Of a DNA stretch of 64,000 bases, positions 28,742-38,202 are shown in pieces (position 1 is the first letter of the stretch; each line of letters starts with the position of its first letter). The notes beneath the pieces are model-generated. The model was given only the letters and a program-made list of their open reading frames with translations. It ran no database searches and was not told the origin of the DNA. A program made the translations under genes and the position numbers. The stretch comes from Minisyncoccota bacterium (GTDB lineage: Bacteria > Patescibacteriota > Minisyncoccia > Phycocordibacterales > UBA9973), in contig JBAZSF010000002.1 in NCBI GenBank assembly GCA_041662525.1, positions 90,196-154,195 on the forward strand, written 5' to 3'.

Positions 28742-30337
28742 GTGACTCAAAGTGAAGCTTTAAATATTTTAAAAACTGGCGTGAATGTTTTTTTGACGGG
28801 GGAGCCGGGGGCGGGGAAGACGCACACTATAAATAATTTTGTAAATTATTTGCGCACTTGTGATATAGATCCTGCTATTACCGCTTCGACTGGTATCGCT
28901 GCCACGCATATCGGAGGGATGACGATTCATTCTTGGAGCGGTATTGGTATTAGAACTAAATTAGATAAATATGAATTAGATAAAATCGCGAGCAGTGAAT
29001 ATATTTGCAAACGTGTCCGTAAAACACGAGTACTTCTTATTGATGAAATTTCTATGCTCTCTCCTAATATGCTCGATATGGTGGACTTGGTTTGTCGGGA
29101 AATAAAACAAAATGATGAACCATTTGGTGGCATCCAAATTATTTTCGTAGGTGATTTTTTTCAATTACCACCGATTGTGAGAATGGATAATATTAAAAAT
29201 AAACAAAGCTCACTTATCCCACAAGTCGGACATGTGGGAATTTTTGCTTATGATAGCGGATCATGGGATAGAGCAGGATTGGTTGTTTGTTATTTGACTG
29301 AACAGCATCGCCAAGATGATAAAGATTTTCTTTCATTGCTTTCTGGTATCCGCGCGAATAATTTTTCGGAAGTGCATCGAAAATTTATAAATGCTCGGCA
29401 GATTGATCACGATGATATTTCGGAAGAGACTATGAAGATTACCAAACTTTTCTCGCACAATGTGGATGTAGATCGGGTAAATAATATAGAGCTTGCGAAA
29501 TTAGAGGAAGAAGCAAAATTATTTAAAATGTCTGGAAGTGGAAATGATAAAGTGGTGGAAACACTCAAGAAGGGATGTTTGTCACCAGAGAATCTTGAGC
29601 TTAAAATCGGTGCGGTGGTAATGTGTACAAAAAATAATCAAAAGGAAAGATTTGTGAATGGCACTCTCGGGGTGGTGACAGATTTTGAAGAATTTAGCGG
29701 GCATCCTGTTATTAAAACTAAAAATGGAAGAAAGATAACAGTTTCTCCTATGGATTGGATGGTGGAAGAGAATGGAAAAGTCCGCGCGCAAATAACTCAG
29801 ATTCCTCTTCGACTAGCTTGGGCCATTACAGTACACAAAAGTCAGGGGATGAGCATGGACGCCGCAGTGATGGACTTGTCGCAAGTATTTGAATTTGGAC
29901 AAGGTTATGTGGCACTCTCTCGAGTACGCAGACTCTCGGGTCTTTATTTGCTTGGCATTAATGAGCATGCGCTAAAAGTACATCCAGAAGTTTTAGAAAA
30001 AGATATTTCTTTTAAGAAAAAATCAGATGAAGCAGTTAAAGTTTTCGGAGAACTTTCAGAAAACGATCTCAAAAAAATGCATAATGATTTTGTAATTGCT
30101 TGCGGTGGAAAGATAAAAAAAGAGAAAACAAAAGGCGCACCGAGTACGGTGCGCCCAAATACTTTTTCCGAAATCAGAGAAAAACATCCAAATGCATATC
30201 GTCCATGGAATAAAGAGCAAGATGAAGAATTAAAAAAGTTATTTACGTCAGGCGTTAAAGTAGCTGACTTAATGAAAAGTTTTGGCAGAAAAAGAGGCGG
30301 GATTACAGCTAGGCTAGAAAAACTTGGGTTAGGATAG
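28742..30337 (+). CDS. PIF1-family (SF1B) helicase with small C-terminal helical domain
   Basis: GEPGAGKT, DEISM, GDFFQLPP, PLRLAWAITVHKSQGMS, YVALSR. Confidence 0.9.
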   Translation: MTQSEALNILKTGVNVFLTGEPGAGKTHTINNFVNYLRTCDIDPAITASTGIAATHIGGMTIHSWSGIGIRTKLDKYELDKIASSEYICKRVRKTRVLLIDEISMLSPNMLDMVDLVCREIKQNDEPFGGIQIIFVGDFFQLPPIVRMDNIKNKQSSLIPQVGHVGIFAYDSGSWDRAGLVVCYLTEQHRQDDKDFLSLLSGIRANNFSEVHRKFINARQIDHDDISEETMKITKLFSHNVDVDRVNNIELAKLEEEAKLFKMSGSGNDKVVETLKKGCLSPENLELKIGAVVMCTKNNQKERFVNGTLGVVTDFEEFSGHPVIKTKNGRKITVSPMDWMVEENGKVRAQITQIPLRLAWAITVHKSQGMSMDAAVMDLSQVFEFGQGYVALSRVRRLSGLYLLGINEHALKVHPEVLEKDISFKKKSDEAVKVFGELSENDLKKMHNDFVIACGGKIKKEKTKGAPSTVRPNTFSEIREKHPNAYRPWNKEQDEELKKLFTSGVKVADLMKSFGRKRGGITARLEKLGLG

Positions 30338-30358
30338 TATAATTATATAAATAAATTT

Positions 30359-30940
30359 ATGGGAAATAGATGTGAGAGAATTACAACAAAAAAAGATAGT
30401 GGAAAACAGATTCCTTTTTCTGGTCATGATCCAGCAGAAGTTTATGATTTTGCTAGAATGGAATTCATAGATATGCTTAAGAAAATTACTCAGGAAATGA
30501 ATTCCGGTGATAATTTTGATATTATTGATTTTATCGTCGGAAAAGATGGGGCGTCGGTTGAGCTTGCTGATGATATAGAATATTTTATAAAAAAATTAGG
30601 AAATAAAAATATTGTAGTTAATAGCAGTTCTGTGGATTTCATCCGGAATGTTTCTTCCAATATGATGGCTTTGGTTGGTAAAATAATAAGAAAAGCCCAC
30701 GAAGGTGGTCTTCCACATGAAAAATTTGAAGAGTATGCCAAAGATATAAAAGATGATTATGATGCTTTAAAAAAATATTTCAATCTTATGGAAAAAGATA
30801 AAGATTTTCAATCTTTAGAAATAGGGAGTCGCAAAGGTTATATCGCTCATATAAATCCAAAAAATATTGATATAACATCAAAAGATAGAAAGAAGTATGT
30901 GGATTGGCTTGAAAATTATTTATCTAAAAATAAAAATTAA
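30359..30940 (+). CDS. Hypothetical protein
   Basis: 193-aa ORF with TATAAT upstream; no motif recognised. Confidence 0.6.
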   Translation: MGNRCERITTKKDSGKQIPFSGHDPAEVYDFARMEFIDMLKKITQEMNSGDNFDIIDFIVGKDGASVELADDIEYFIKKLGNKNIVVNSSSVDFIRNVSSNMMALVGKIIRKAHEGGLPHEKFEEYAKDIKDDYDALKKYFNLMEKDKDFQSLEIGSRKGYIAHINPKNIDITSKDRKKYVDWLENYLSKNKN

Positions 30941-30970
30941 CTTAAATATAAGGGATTTTTATTTGTAAAA

Positions 30971-31001
30971 AAACGGCTCAATTCGTGGTAATTGAGCCGT
31001 T
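30971..31001. terminator. Hairpin, probable terminator
   Basis: AACGGCTCAATT...AATTGAGCCGTT. Confidence 0.55.
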
Positions 31002-31029
31002 CAGGTTTTTGTGTTAAAATCAGCCAATA

Positions 31030-34000
31030 ATGGCCAAAGAAATTCAGGAAGAAGAAAATAAAAGCGAAGCGGCTTTGCGGGAAGAGCGGATTTTAGAATT
31101 TTGGAAAGAAAATAAAACTTTTGAAAAAACTTTAAAACAAACGGAGGGCAAAAAAGAATTTATTTTTTACGAAGGTCCGCCGACAGCGAATGGCAAGCCA
31201 GGCATTCATCATTTAGAAGCGCGAGCATTCAAAGACGCAATTCCTAGGTATAAAACAATGCAGGGTTTCCATGTTCGTCGAAAGGGTGGATGGGATACAC
31301 ATGGGCTTCCCGTTGAGCTTCAGGTAGAAAAAAAGCTAGGGCTTAATTCTAAAAAAGCTATCGAAGAATATGGTATTGCGAAATTTAATCAAGAATGCAA
31401 AGAAAGCGTCTGGGAGTATTTAGATATTTGGAATAAATTTACTCATCGTATTGGATATTGGGTGGATCAAGAGAACCCGTATGTGACATATCACAACGAT
31501 TATATTGAATCTGTTTGGAATGTTGTTAAAGCAATAAATAAACAAAATTTACTTTATAAAGATTATAAAGTGGTGCCTTGGTGTCCTAGGTGTGGTACAG
31601 CTTTGTCCTCTCATGAACTTGCGCAGGGTTATGAAGATGTGAAAGATTTGTCTGTGTATGTGAAGTTTAAGGTTCGTTCTGTCCCCGAAAGATTTTCTCA
31701 GGTCCTCGGAACTCCCTCTCCCTATCCCGGCCAGACCATTCAAAAACCTTCCGGGGACTTTACTTATATTCTTGCTTGGACGACAACTCCGTGGACACTT
31801 CCTGGGAATGTAGCATTGGCAGTAGGAGAAAATATTATTTATGTAAAAATAGAAAAACCTGCCTCGACGCAAGGCGGGGGAAAAGAATTTTTAATTTTAG
31901 CAAAAGAAAGACTTTCTATTTTAGAAGGGGAATATAAAATAATTGAAGAATTTATAGGCAAAGATTTAATTGGATTGGAATACGAGCCTCTTTATCCATA
32001 TCTTGCTGACACAATTTCTGAAAGTGAAAAACCTAAATTAGAAAAAGCTTTCAAGGTTTATGGAGCGGATTTTGTAACGACAGAAGACGGTACAGGGGTA
32101 GTGCATACGGCAGTGATGTACGGACAGGATGACTTTGAGCTTGGTACAAAGGTTGGTTTGCCAAAGCATCATATTGTCGGTCTAGATGGAAAATTTTTAC
32201 CGGGTACTGGAATATTTGAAGGTAGATTTGTGAGAGATGAAGACGTGGCGGTAGATGTGATAAAAGATTTAGCGCATAGAGGAAATGGAGGGCTTTTATT
32301 TAAAAAAGAAAAATACGAGCATTCCTATCCGCATTGTTGGAGATGCAAAACGGCACTTATTTATTACGCTCGAGATTCTTGGTATATAAAAGTCTCTGAT
32401 CCTAAAATAAAAGAAAGAATGATAGCCGAGAACAAAGAAGTAAATTGGGAACCAGCACATATTCGGGATGGGCGTTTTGGTGAATGGTTAAGGGAGATAA
32501 AAGATTGGGCGATTTCTCGTGAGCGATATTGGGGTACACCTTTGCCTGTTTGGATTTGTGAATCTTGCAAGAAGATTGACGTCATCGGGAGCATTGAAGA
32601 TTTAAAAAATAAAACTAAAAAATTTGGCAATAAATATTTTGTAATGAGACATGGTGAAGCAGAAAATAATGCTCTTTGTATTTATTCTTCCAATCAAAAA
32701 ATAAATCATTTGACAAAGCTCGGACAAACGGAAGTTGAAAAGACATCCCAAGTTCTTTTGAACAAAAAAATTACCAAGATTTATTGCTCGCCCTTTTTAA
32801 GAACACGAGAAACTGCCGAAATCGTTGCAGAGCAGATAAATTTCCCTAAAGATAGAATTATTTACGATGATAGAATTCGAGAATTAGAATTTGGAGATTT
32901 TTCTGATTGTAGAGAGGAGGATTTTTGGGATTTTATAAAAAATAAAGATTGGGGATTTGATACAGTTGTCCCTGGAGGGGAGAGCCACCAAAATGCAAAG
33001 AATCGAATGGGAGATTTTCTTTATGAAATTGATCAAAAAAATAAAGATGAAACGATTTTAATTATTTCGCATGGATTAGCAATAGAAATGATTCCAGCTA
33101 TTATTGAAGGAGCAGATAAAAAGCGTTCACTCGAAATTTTCCATTCACATATATGCGACAAACCAGCTTCATTGCACAAAGAACATGAATTTGTTTTTCT
33201 TCCCCATAACGCAGACTATGAACTTGATTTACATAAACCTTTTATAGATGAAGTTAATCTGATGTGCACCCATTCTACTGGCAGAGGGCAAGTATGTGGG
33301 GGAAAATTAACTCGCACTCGCGAGGTGATGGATGTCTGGTTTGATTCTGGATGTATGCCATTTGCGCAAGATCATTATCCCTTCGATTTCTCTCAGGGCA
33401 AGCCTTTTGAGGAGACCGAAATTTTATACCCTGCAGATTTTATTTCGGAAGCAATAGATCAGACTCGTGGATGGTTTTATACTTTGCATGCTGTTGGAAT
33501 ACTTATGGGGCGAGGGAAAGCATATAAAAATGTAATTTGTCTTGGACATTTACTCGATTCCAAAGGTAAAAAAATGTCTAAATCTCTTGGTAATATTGTC
33601 GACCCTTGGGAGATGATAGAAAAATACGGAGTGGATACATTGAGACTCTGGATGTATTCAGTCAATCAACCTGGAGAATCTAAAAATTTTGATGAAAAAA
33701 CTGTCGCTCTTCTCCACCAACAAGTTTTTGGTTTGCTTTATAATGTGCTCGCTTTCTATGAGCTTTATCGAGATAATTCTATCAATGCCCATTCGACAAG
33801 CTCAGGACAAATATCAAGTACTAACGTTCTTGATATTTGGATTTTAGCACGGCTAGATGAATTGATTAGCGAATCCACAAAAAAAATGGATAATTATAAA
33901 TTGCTTGAACCAGTGCGAGCGATAAAGGATTTTATTGGGGACCTTTCTACTTGGTATTTGCGTCGTTCACGTGAGCGGATAAAGAATGGAGATAGGCAAG

Positions 34001-34629
34001 CGAAAGAAACTCTGTATTATGTATTAAAAACTCTTGTAAAACTTCTAGCACCTTTTGCCCCCTTTACAGCTGAAGATATTTGGATGAAATTAAAAACAGA
34101 AAAAGATGAAGAAAGTGTGCATTTGGCTGAGTGGCCCCTCGCTTCTGCTCGGGGCCTTCAGCCCAAGATTTTAGAGAATATGCAAAAAACAAGAGATATT
34201 GTGACTTTAGGACTTGAAGCTCGTCAAAAGGCTGGAATAAAAATCAGGCAACCTTTGCAATCTTTTTCTTTTGAATCAACAGATTTAGACGAATACAGCA
34301 ATCTTATCAAAGATGAGCTTAATGTAAAAGAGATCATACATGGTGACCTTATGCTTGATACAAATATTACTTCAGAATTAAAACAAGAAGGGGATTGTCG
34401 TGAGCTTATACGTGCCTTACAAGATATGCGTAAAAATCAGGGACTAACACCGAGCGATGCTATTTCAATTGTTTTTGAAACAAATGATAATGGTAAAAAA
34501 TTAATTGAAAAATTTGAAAATGATTTGAAAAAAACTGTGCTAGTTTCTGAAATAAAATATCGTGAAAATGATGGACAGGAAATAAGAATAGACGAATTTG
34601 CTTTTAAAGTGAAAATTAGTAAAATATAA
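31030..34629 (+). CDS. ileS: Isoleucine--tRNA ligase (IleRS2 type) with inserted histidine-phosphatase domain and in-frame repeat insertions
   Basis: EGPPTANG, GWDTHGLPVE, WTTTPWTLP, SRERYWGTP, DQTRGWF, KMSKS; RHGE...SHG domain at ~32632-33200. Confidence 0.95.
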   Translation: MAKEIQEEENKSEAALREERILEFWKENKTFEKTLKQTEGKKEFIFYEGPPTANGKPGIHHLEARAFKDAIPRYKTMQGFHVRRKGGWDTHGLPVELQVEKKLGLNSKKAIEEYGIAKFNQECKESVWEYLDIWNKFTHRIGYWVDQENPYVTYHNDYIESVWNVVKAINKQNLLYKDYKVVPWCPRCGTALSSHELAQGYEDVKDLSVYVKFKVRSVPERFSQVLGTPSPYPGQTIQKPSGDFTYILAWTTTPWTLPGNVALAVGENIIYVKIEKPASTQGGGKEFLILAKERLSILEGEYKIIEEFIGKDLIGLEYEPLYPYLADTISESEKPKLEKAFKVYGADFVTTEDGTGVVHTAVMYGQDDFELGTKVGLPKHHIVGLDGKFLPGTGIFEGRFVRDEDVAVDVIKDLAHRGNGGLLFKKEKYEHSYPHCWRCKTALIYYARDSWYIKVSDPKIKERMIAENKEVNWEPAHIRDGRFGEWLREIKDWAISRERYWGTPLPVWICESCKKIDVIGSIEDLKNKTKKFGNKYFVMRHGEAENNALCIYSSNQKINHLTKLGQTEVEKTSQVLLNKKITKIYCSPFLRTRETAEIVAEQINFPKDRIIYDDRIRELEFGDFSDCREEDFWDFIKNKDWGFDTVVPGGESHQNAKNRMGDFLYEIDQKNKDETILIISHGLAIEMIPAIIEGADKKRSLEIFHSHICDKPASLHKEHEFVFLPHNADYELDLHKPFIDEVNLMCTHSTGRGQVCGGKLTRTREVMDVWFDSGCMPFAQDHYPFDFSQGKPFEETEILYPADFISEAIDQTRGWFYTLHAVGILMGRGKAYKNVICLGHLLDSKGKKMSKSLGNIVDPWEMIEKYGVDTLRLWMYSVNQPGESKNFDEKTVALLHQQVFGLLYNVLAFYELYRDNSINAHSTSSGQISSTNVLDIWILARLDELISESTKKMDNYKLLEPVRAIKDFIGDLSTWYLRRSRERIKNGDRQAKETLYYVLKTLVKLLAPFAPFTAEDIWMKLKTEKDEESVHLAEWPLASARGLQPKILENMQKTRDIVTLGLEARQKAGIKIRQPLQSFSFESTDLDEYSNLIKDELNVKEIIHGDLMLDTNITSELKQEGDCRELIRALQDMRKNQGLTPSDAISIVFETNDNGKKLIEKFENDLKKTVLVSEIKYRENDGQEIRIDEFAFKVKISKI
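31681..31758 (+). repeat. Family B copy 2, in frame in ileS (26 codons)
   Basis: TTTTCTCAGGTCCTCGG...TCCCTATCCCGGCCAGACCATTCAAAAAC as at 19165-19219; own arms GTCCCCGAAAG/CTTCCGGGGAC. Confidence 0.9.
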
Positions 34630-34631
34630 AC

Positions 34632-35273
34632 ATGAAAATAAAAAAATTTGGGCATTGTTGTTTATTAATAGAGACAAACGGTAAAAAAATAATGGTTGAT
34701 CCTGGTTACCATACTGCGGAGGAACAAGAAAAAGAACTTAATCTAGATTTAATTTTAATAACGCACGAGCATTCAGATCATTTTAGTATTGAATCTTTAA
34801 AAGAAATTATAAAAAATAATCCGAATGCTCTTATTATTACAAATGATGGAGTAGGAAAAATACTAACCAAGGAGGGTATAAAATATGAGGTTTTGAAAGA
34901 CAAGAGCCCTAAAGATTTTTCTGGGGTAGAGATAGAGTCTCATGACTGTAGGCATGAAGAAATTTTTCAAGATTTTGGACAAGTTTTAAATACAGCTTTT
35001 TTTATAGATAAAAGATTATTTATTGGAGGAGATTCTTTTTATAACCCCGGTAAACCTGTTGAAATTTTAGCATTACCTGTTGCTGGTTCGTGGGCTACGA
35101 TAAAAGATTCAATAAAATATGCTTTAGAAATGAGGCCCAATACTTGTTTTCCTGTGCATGATGCAGATTTAAAATCTTTTGGTAGTTCACACAAACTTCC
35201 TGAAATATACTTAACAAGCATAGCAAACATAGCGTTTAAAAATTTCGAAGAAAAGGAAGAAGAGGAATTTTAA
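34632..35273 (+). CDS. Metallo-beta-lactamase fold hydrolase (UlaG-like)
   Basis: GHCC, VDPG, THEHSDH, GDS, PVH. Confidence 0.85.
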   Translation: MKIKKFGHCCLLIETNGKKIMVDPGYHTAEEQEKELNLDLILITHEHSDHFSIESLKEIIKNNPNALIITNDGVGKILTKEGIKYEVLKDKSPKDFSGVEIESHDCRHEEIFQDFGQVLNTAFFIDKRLFIGGDSFYNPGKPVEILALPVAGSWATIKDSIKYALEMRPNTCFPVHDADLKSFGSSHKLPEIYLTSIANIAFKNFEEKEEEEF

Positions 35274-35851
35274 TGCATCACATTTATCATACTGAGGGTT
35301 TAATATTAGGAAGTAAGAATTCTGGTGAAGCAGGAAAGTATTATTATATCTTTACTCGTGACCTAGGCATGGTTTACGCTACAGCTCAAGGAGTACGCAA
35401 GATGTCCTCTAAATTACGTTTTGTTTTGCAGGATTTTGCTTATATAAAAATCGATCTAGTGCAGGGGGTAAATTTATGGAGAATCACTAGTGCTTCAAAA
35501 ACAAATATGCTGGGACAGCTCACAAAAAATTCTGGAACTTTTGAAGTTTTTTCTAATATCACTAAATTATTAAAACGGTTACTTGCCGGCATTGAACCAA
35601 ATGAAGCTTTGTTTGTTGATTTGATAAATGGTCTAACTATTTTAGAAAAAGCGAAAAAGGAAGACCTACGAAACATTGAAGCCATTATTGTTTTGCGTAT
35701 ACTAAATAATCTAGGATATGTTGGAGAAAGTGAAACATTACAAAATCTTACCAAATCTCCATTTGAAGAAAATTTAGTATTTGAAATATCTAAATCAAGA
35801 CCTGAGGTACTGCATCAAATAAACAAAGCCCTGAAAGAGACGCATTTATAG
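35273..35851 (+). CDS. recO: DNA repair protein RecO
   Basis: TEGLIL...GEA...IFTRDLG...AQGVRK..SKL N-terminal OB fold. Confidence 0.85.
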   Translation: MHHIYHTEGLILGSKNSGEAGKYYYIFTRDLGMVYATAQGVRKMSSKLRFVLQDFAYIKIDLVQGVNLWRITSASKTNMLGQLTKNSGTFEVFSNITKLLKRLLAGIEPNEALFVDLINGLTILEKAKKEDLRNIEAIIVLRILNNLGYVGESETLQNLTKSPFEENLVFEISKSRPEVLHQINKALKETHL

Positions 35852-35858
35852 AAAATTT

Positions 35859-36134
35859 TTACAATTTATTCTTTTTCTCTATTATTCGTATTTCTTTTAT
35901 AAGTTTTTCAATTTTTTCAGCTATTATCTTCACATCTTGCACTCTCTTTTCTAAGTGTTCGTTTTTTTCTATTTTAGTATTTATTTTCCCAGCTTCAATA
36001 ACCCAAGATTCTAAATCTGCAACATTTTTATCATATTCTTTTATAAGTTTAGCGTGCTCTTCTCCATAATCTTTACTTTTGTCTATTGAGTAATGTACCC
36101 CATCTTTTCTGTATACAAAATCTTTTTTTTCCAT
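35859..36134 (-). CDS. Hypothetical charged helical protein
   Basis: 91-aa ORF filling the gap, K/E rich. Confidence 0.5.
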   Translation of the reverse strand: MEKKDFVYRKDGVHYSIDKSKDYGEEHAKLIKEYDKNVADLESWVIEAGKINTKIEKNEHLEKRVQDVKIIAEKIEKLIKEIRIIEKKNKL

Positions 36135-36251
36135 AATTGTATTTTTACGACTTAGTATTTTTGTTTCTGATAATAATCAAATTATACCTAATTCAAATTT
36201 ATTGTAAATGTTTCCCCCTCCTTCTAATTTTTATCCTTAGATGTTACAATT

Positions 36252-38189
36252 ATGTGTATGTCATCAGATGATATGAATAAGCTTAATAGACTTGAAGATT
36301 TAAAAAGTAAGCTTTTTAGTAAGAATTATCAGACTAAAATAGAGCATCGAGATGTATTTTCTAATTTGTATAAAAATGAAGCATCAGATTCCTGGAAGAC
36401 AAAAGAAGAATTTGAATCTAAGGATGAAGATGATTTTTTTATGAAAACATCTAGATTTAAGAAATTTTTTATTTTTTCAATAATTTTTTTTGTTTTAACT
36501 TTAGGTTATGCCGCCTATATTTTTTTTGTTGGAGGAAATACTGTTTCTAATGATAATATTGATATTTCTATACTTGGAAACAATTTTACAGCTGGAGGGG
36601 AGGAGCTTTCTCTTGTTGTTGGGATTATCAACAAAAATAATTCTGCCTTAGATTTAGTAGATCTTGTTGTAGAATATCCGAAAGGGGGAGGAGTGGATCT
36701 TTCTTTTGATACCGAACATTTTCGTACTTCCTTGGGAACAATTCCAGCTGGAGCAACTCGTAATGAGAATTTAAAATTAATACTCTTTGGAGAACAGGGT
36801 AGTGTTCGTCCGATAAAAATAACTCTTGAATATCGAGTAGCAGGGTCTAATGCTATTTTTTTGAAAGAAAAACTTTTTCAAGTGAATATAACTTCCACGC
36901 CGATAAATCTTTTAGTAGATGCCCCTCCTTCTATAAGTCCAAATCAAGACATTACTTTAAACGTAAAAGCTACCTTAAATGCTACAAAAGTAATTCCTAA
37001 AATCCTCGTCAAAGCTGATTATCCTTTTGGGTTTATTTTTAAAAATTCTATACCGGCGCCTTCTTTTGGTAATAATGTTTGGGACTTGGGGGATATAGCT
37101 CCTGGGGCAGAACACAATATTGTGATAACTGGTAAGATGGTTGGTGTTTTTGATGGGGAAGAAAAAACTTTTAATATTTCAAGCGGTTCGCAGTCTGATG
37201 CAGACAAGTCCATCATTAATGTTATTTTCAATTCTATAAAGAATGTTGTGTTGATTAAAAAACCTTTTATTGAGGCGAATCTTTTTATCAATGGCGTATC
37301 TCAAATAGAATATGCCGTAGATGCCAAGACACCAATAAGAGCAGAAATTCGTTATTTAAATAATTTAGAGACGAGGGTGGATGATTTGCAGATAAAAGCA
37401 AAGATTTCTGGAAATGCCTTTAACCGCAGTTCAATAATAGCGCAACAAGGTTTTTATGATTCATCCAAGGATACAATTACTTGGGATAAAAATTCTAAAA
37501 ATCAGTTAAAAGAATTAAACCCAGGGGACTCCGGTTCTGTTTCTTTTTCTGTTTCTCCTCTTTCTTTGTTTTCTGCTTCTGGTGGAATATTAACTAACCC
37601 AAAGATCAACATAGAATTAAGTATCTCTGGTAACCAGGCGATTGAAGGATCCGATCTAAATGAACTTAATAATTCAAATGGAGCAATTATTCATATCATC
37701 TCAGATGTTGGTTTTTCTGGAAAGGCACTTTATTATTCTGGACCTTTTACCAATACTGGTCCAATACCTCCAAAAGCTGAACAGTCGACGACTTATACCA
37801 TCATGTGGACTCTTTCTAACACCGCTAATAGTATTTCAAAAGCGCAAATAAAAGCCACCATTCCTTCATGGATAAATTTTGTTGGACCAATTTCTCCTGT
37901 TGGTGAGGGTTTGACGTACAATGATTCTACAAGGGAAATTATTTGGAATGCAGATAGAATACCGAAAGGTTCTGGGATTACCGGTCCCGCGCGAAGTGCT
38001 TCTTTTCAAGTTTCTTTTAAGCCTTCACTTTCTCAAGTTAATACAAATCCATTAATCATAAATGAGGCAGTTTTGACTGGGCATGATGATTTTGCTAATG
38101 TAGATATTGTAGTAAAAAAAGCAAGTCTCAATACTAGACTCGACAGTGATGTGGCATTTCCTTCTGGTGGAGGGACAGTCGTAAAGTAG
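36252..38189 (+). CDS. Membrane-anchored protein with multiple Ig-like beta-sandwich domains
   Basis: One TM helix near the N-terminus; WDLGDIAPG and GPIPPKA motifs; beta-rich. Confidence 0.75.
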   Translation: MCMSSDDMNKLNRLEDLKSKLFSKNYQTKIEHRDVFSNLYKNEASDSWKTKEEFESKDEDDFFMKTSRFKKFFIFSIIFFVLTLGYAAYIFFVGGNTVSNDNIDISILGNNFTAGGEELSLVVGIINKNNSALDLVDLVVEYPKGGGVDLSFDTEHFRTSLGTIPAGATRNENLKLILFGEQGSVRPIKITLEYRVAGSNAIFLKEKLFQVNITSTPINLLVDAPPSISPNQDITLNVKATLNATKVIPKILVKADYPFGFIFKNSIPAPSFGNNVWDLGDIAPGAEHNIVITGKMVGVFDGEEKTFNISSGSQSDADKSIINVIFNSIKNVVLIKKPFIEANLFINGVSQIEYAVDAKTPIRAEIRYLNNLETRVDDLQIKAKISGNAFNRSSIIAQQGFYDSSKDTITWDKNSKNQLKELNPGDSGSVSFSVSPLSLFSASGGILTNPKINIELSISGNQAIEGSDLNELNNSNGAIIHIISDVGFSGKALYYSGPFTNTGPIPPKAEQSTTYTIMWTLSNTANSISKAQIKATIPSWINFVGPISPVGEGLTYNDSTREIIWNADRIPKGSGITGPARSASFQVSFKPSLSQVNTNPLIINEAVLTGHDDFANVDIVVKKASLNTRLDSDVAFPSGGGTVVK

Positions 38190-38202
38190 ATGAATTAATT
38201 AA

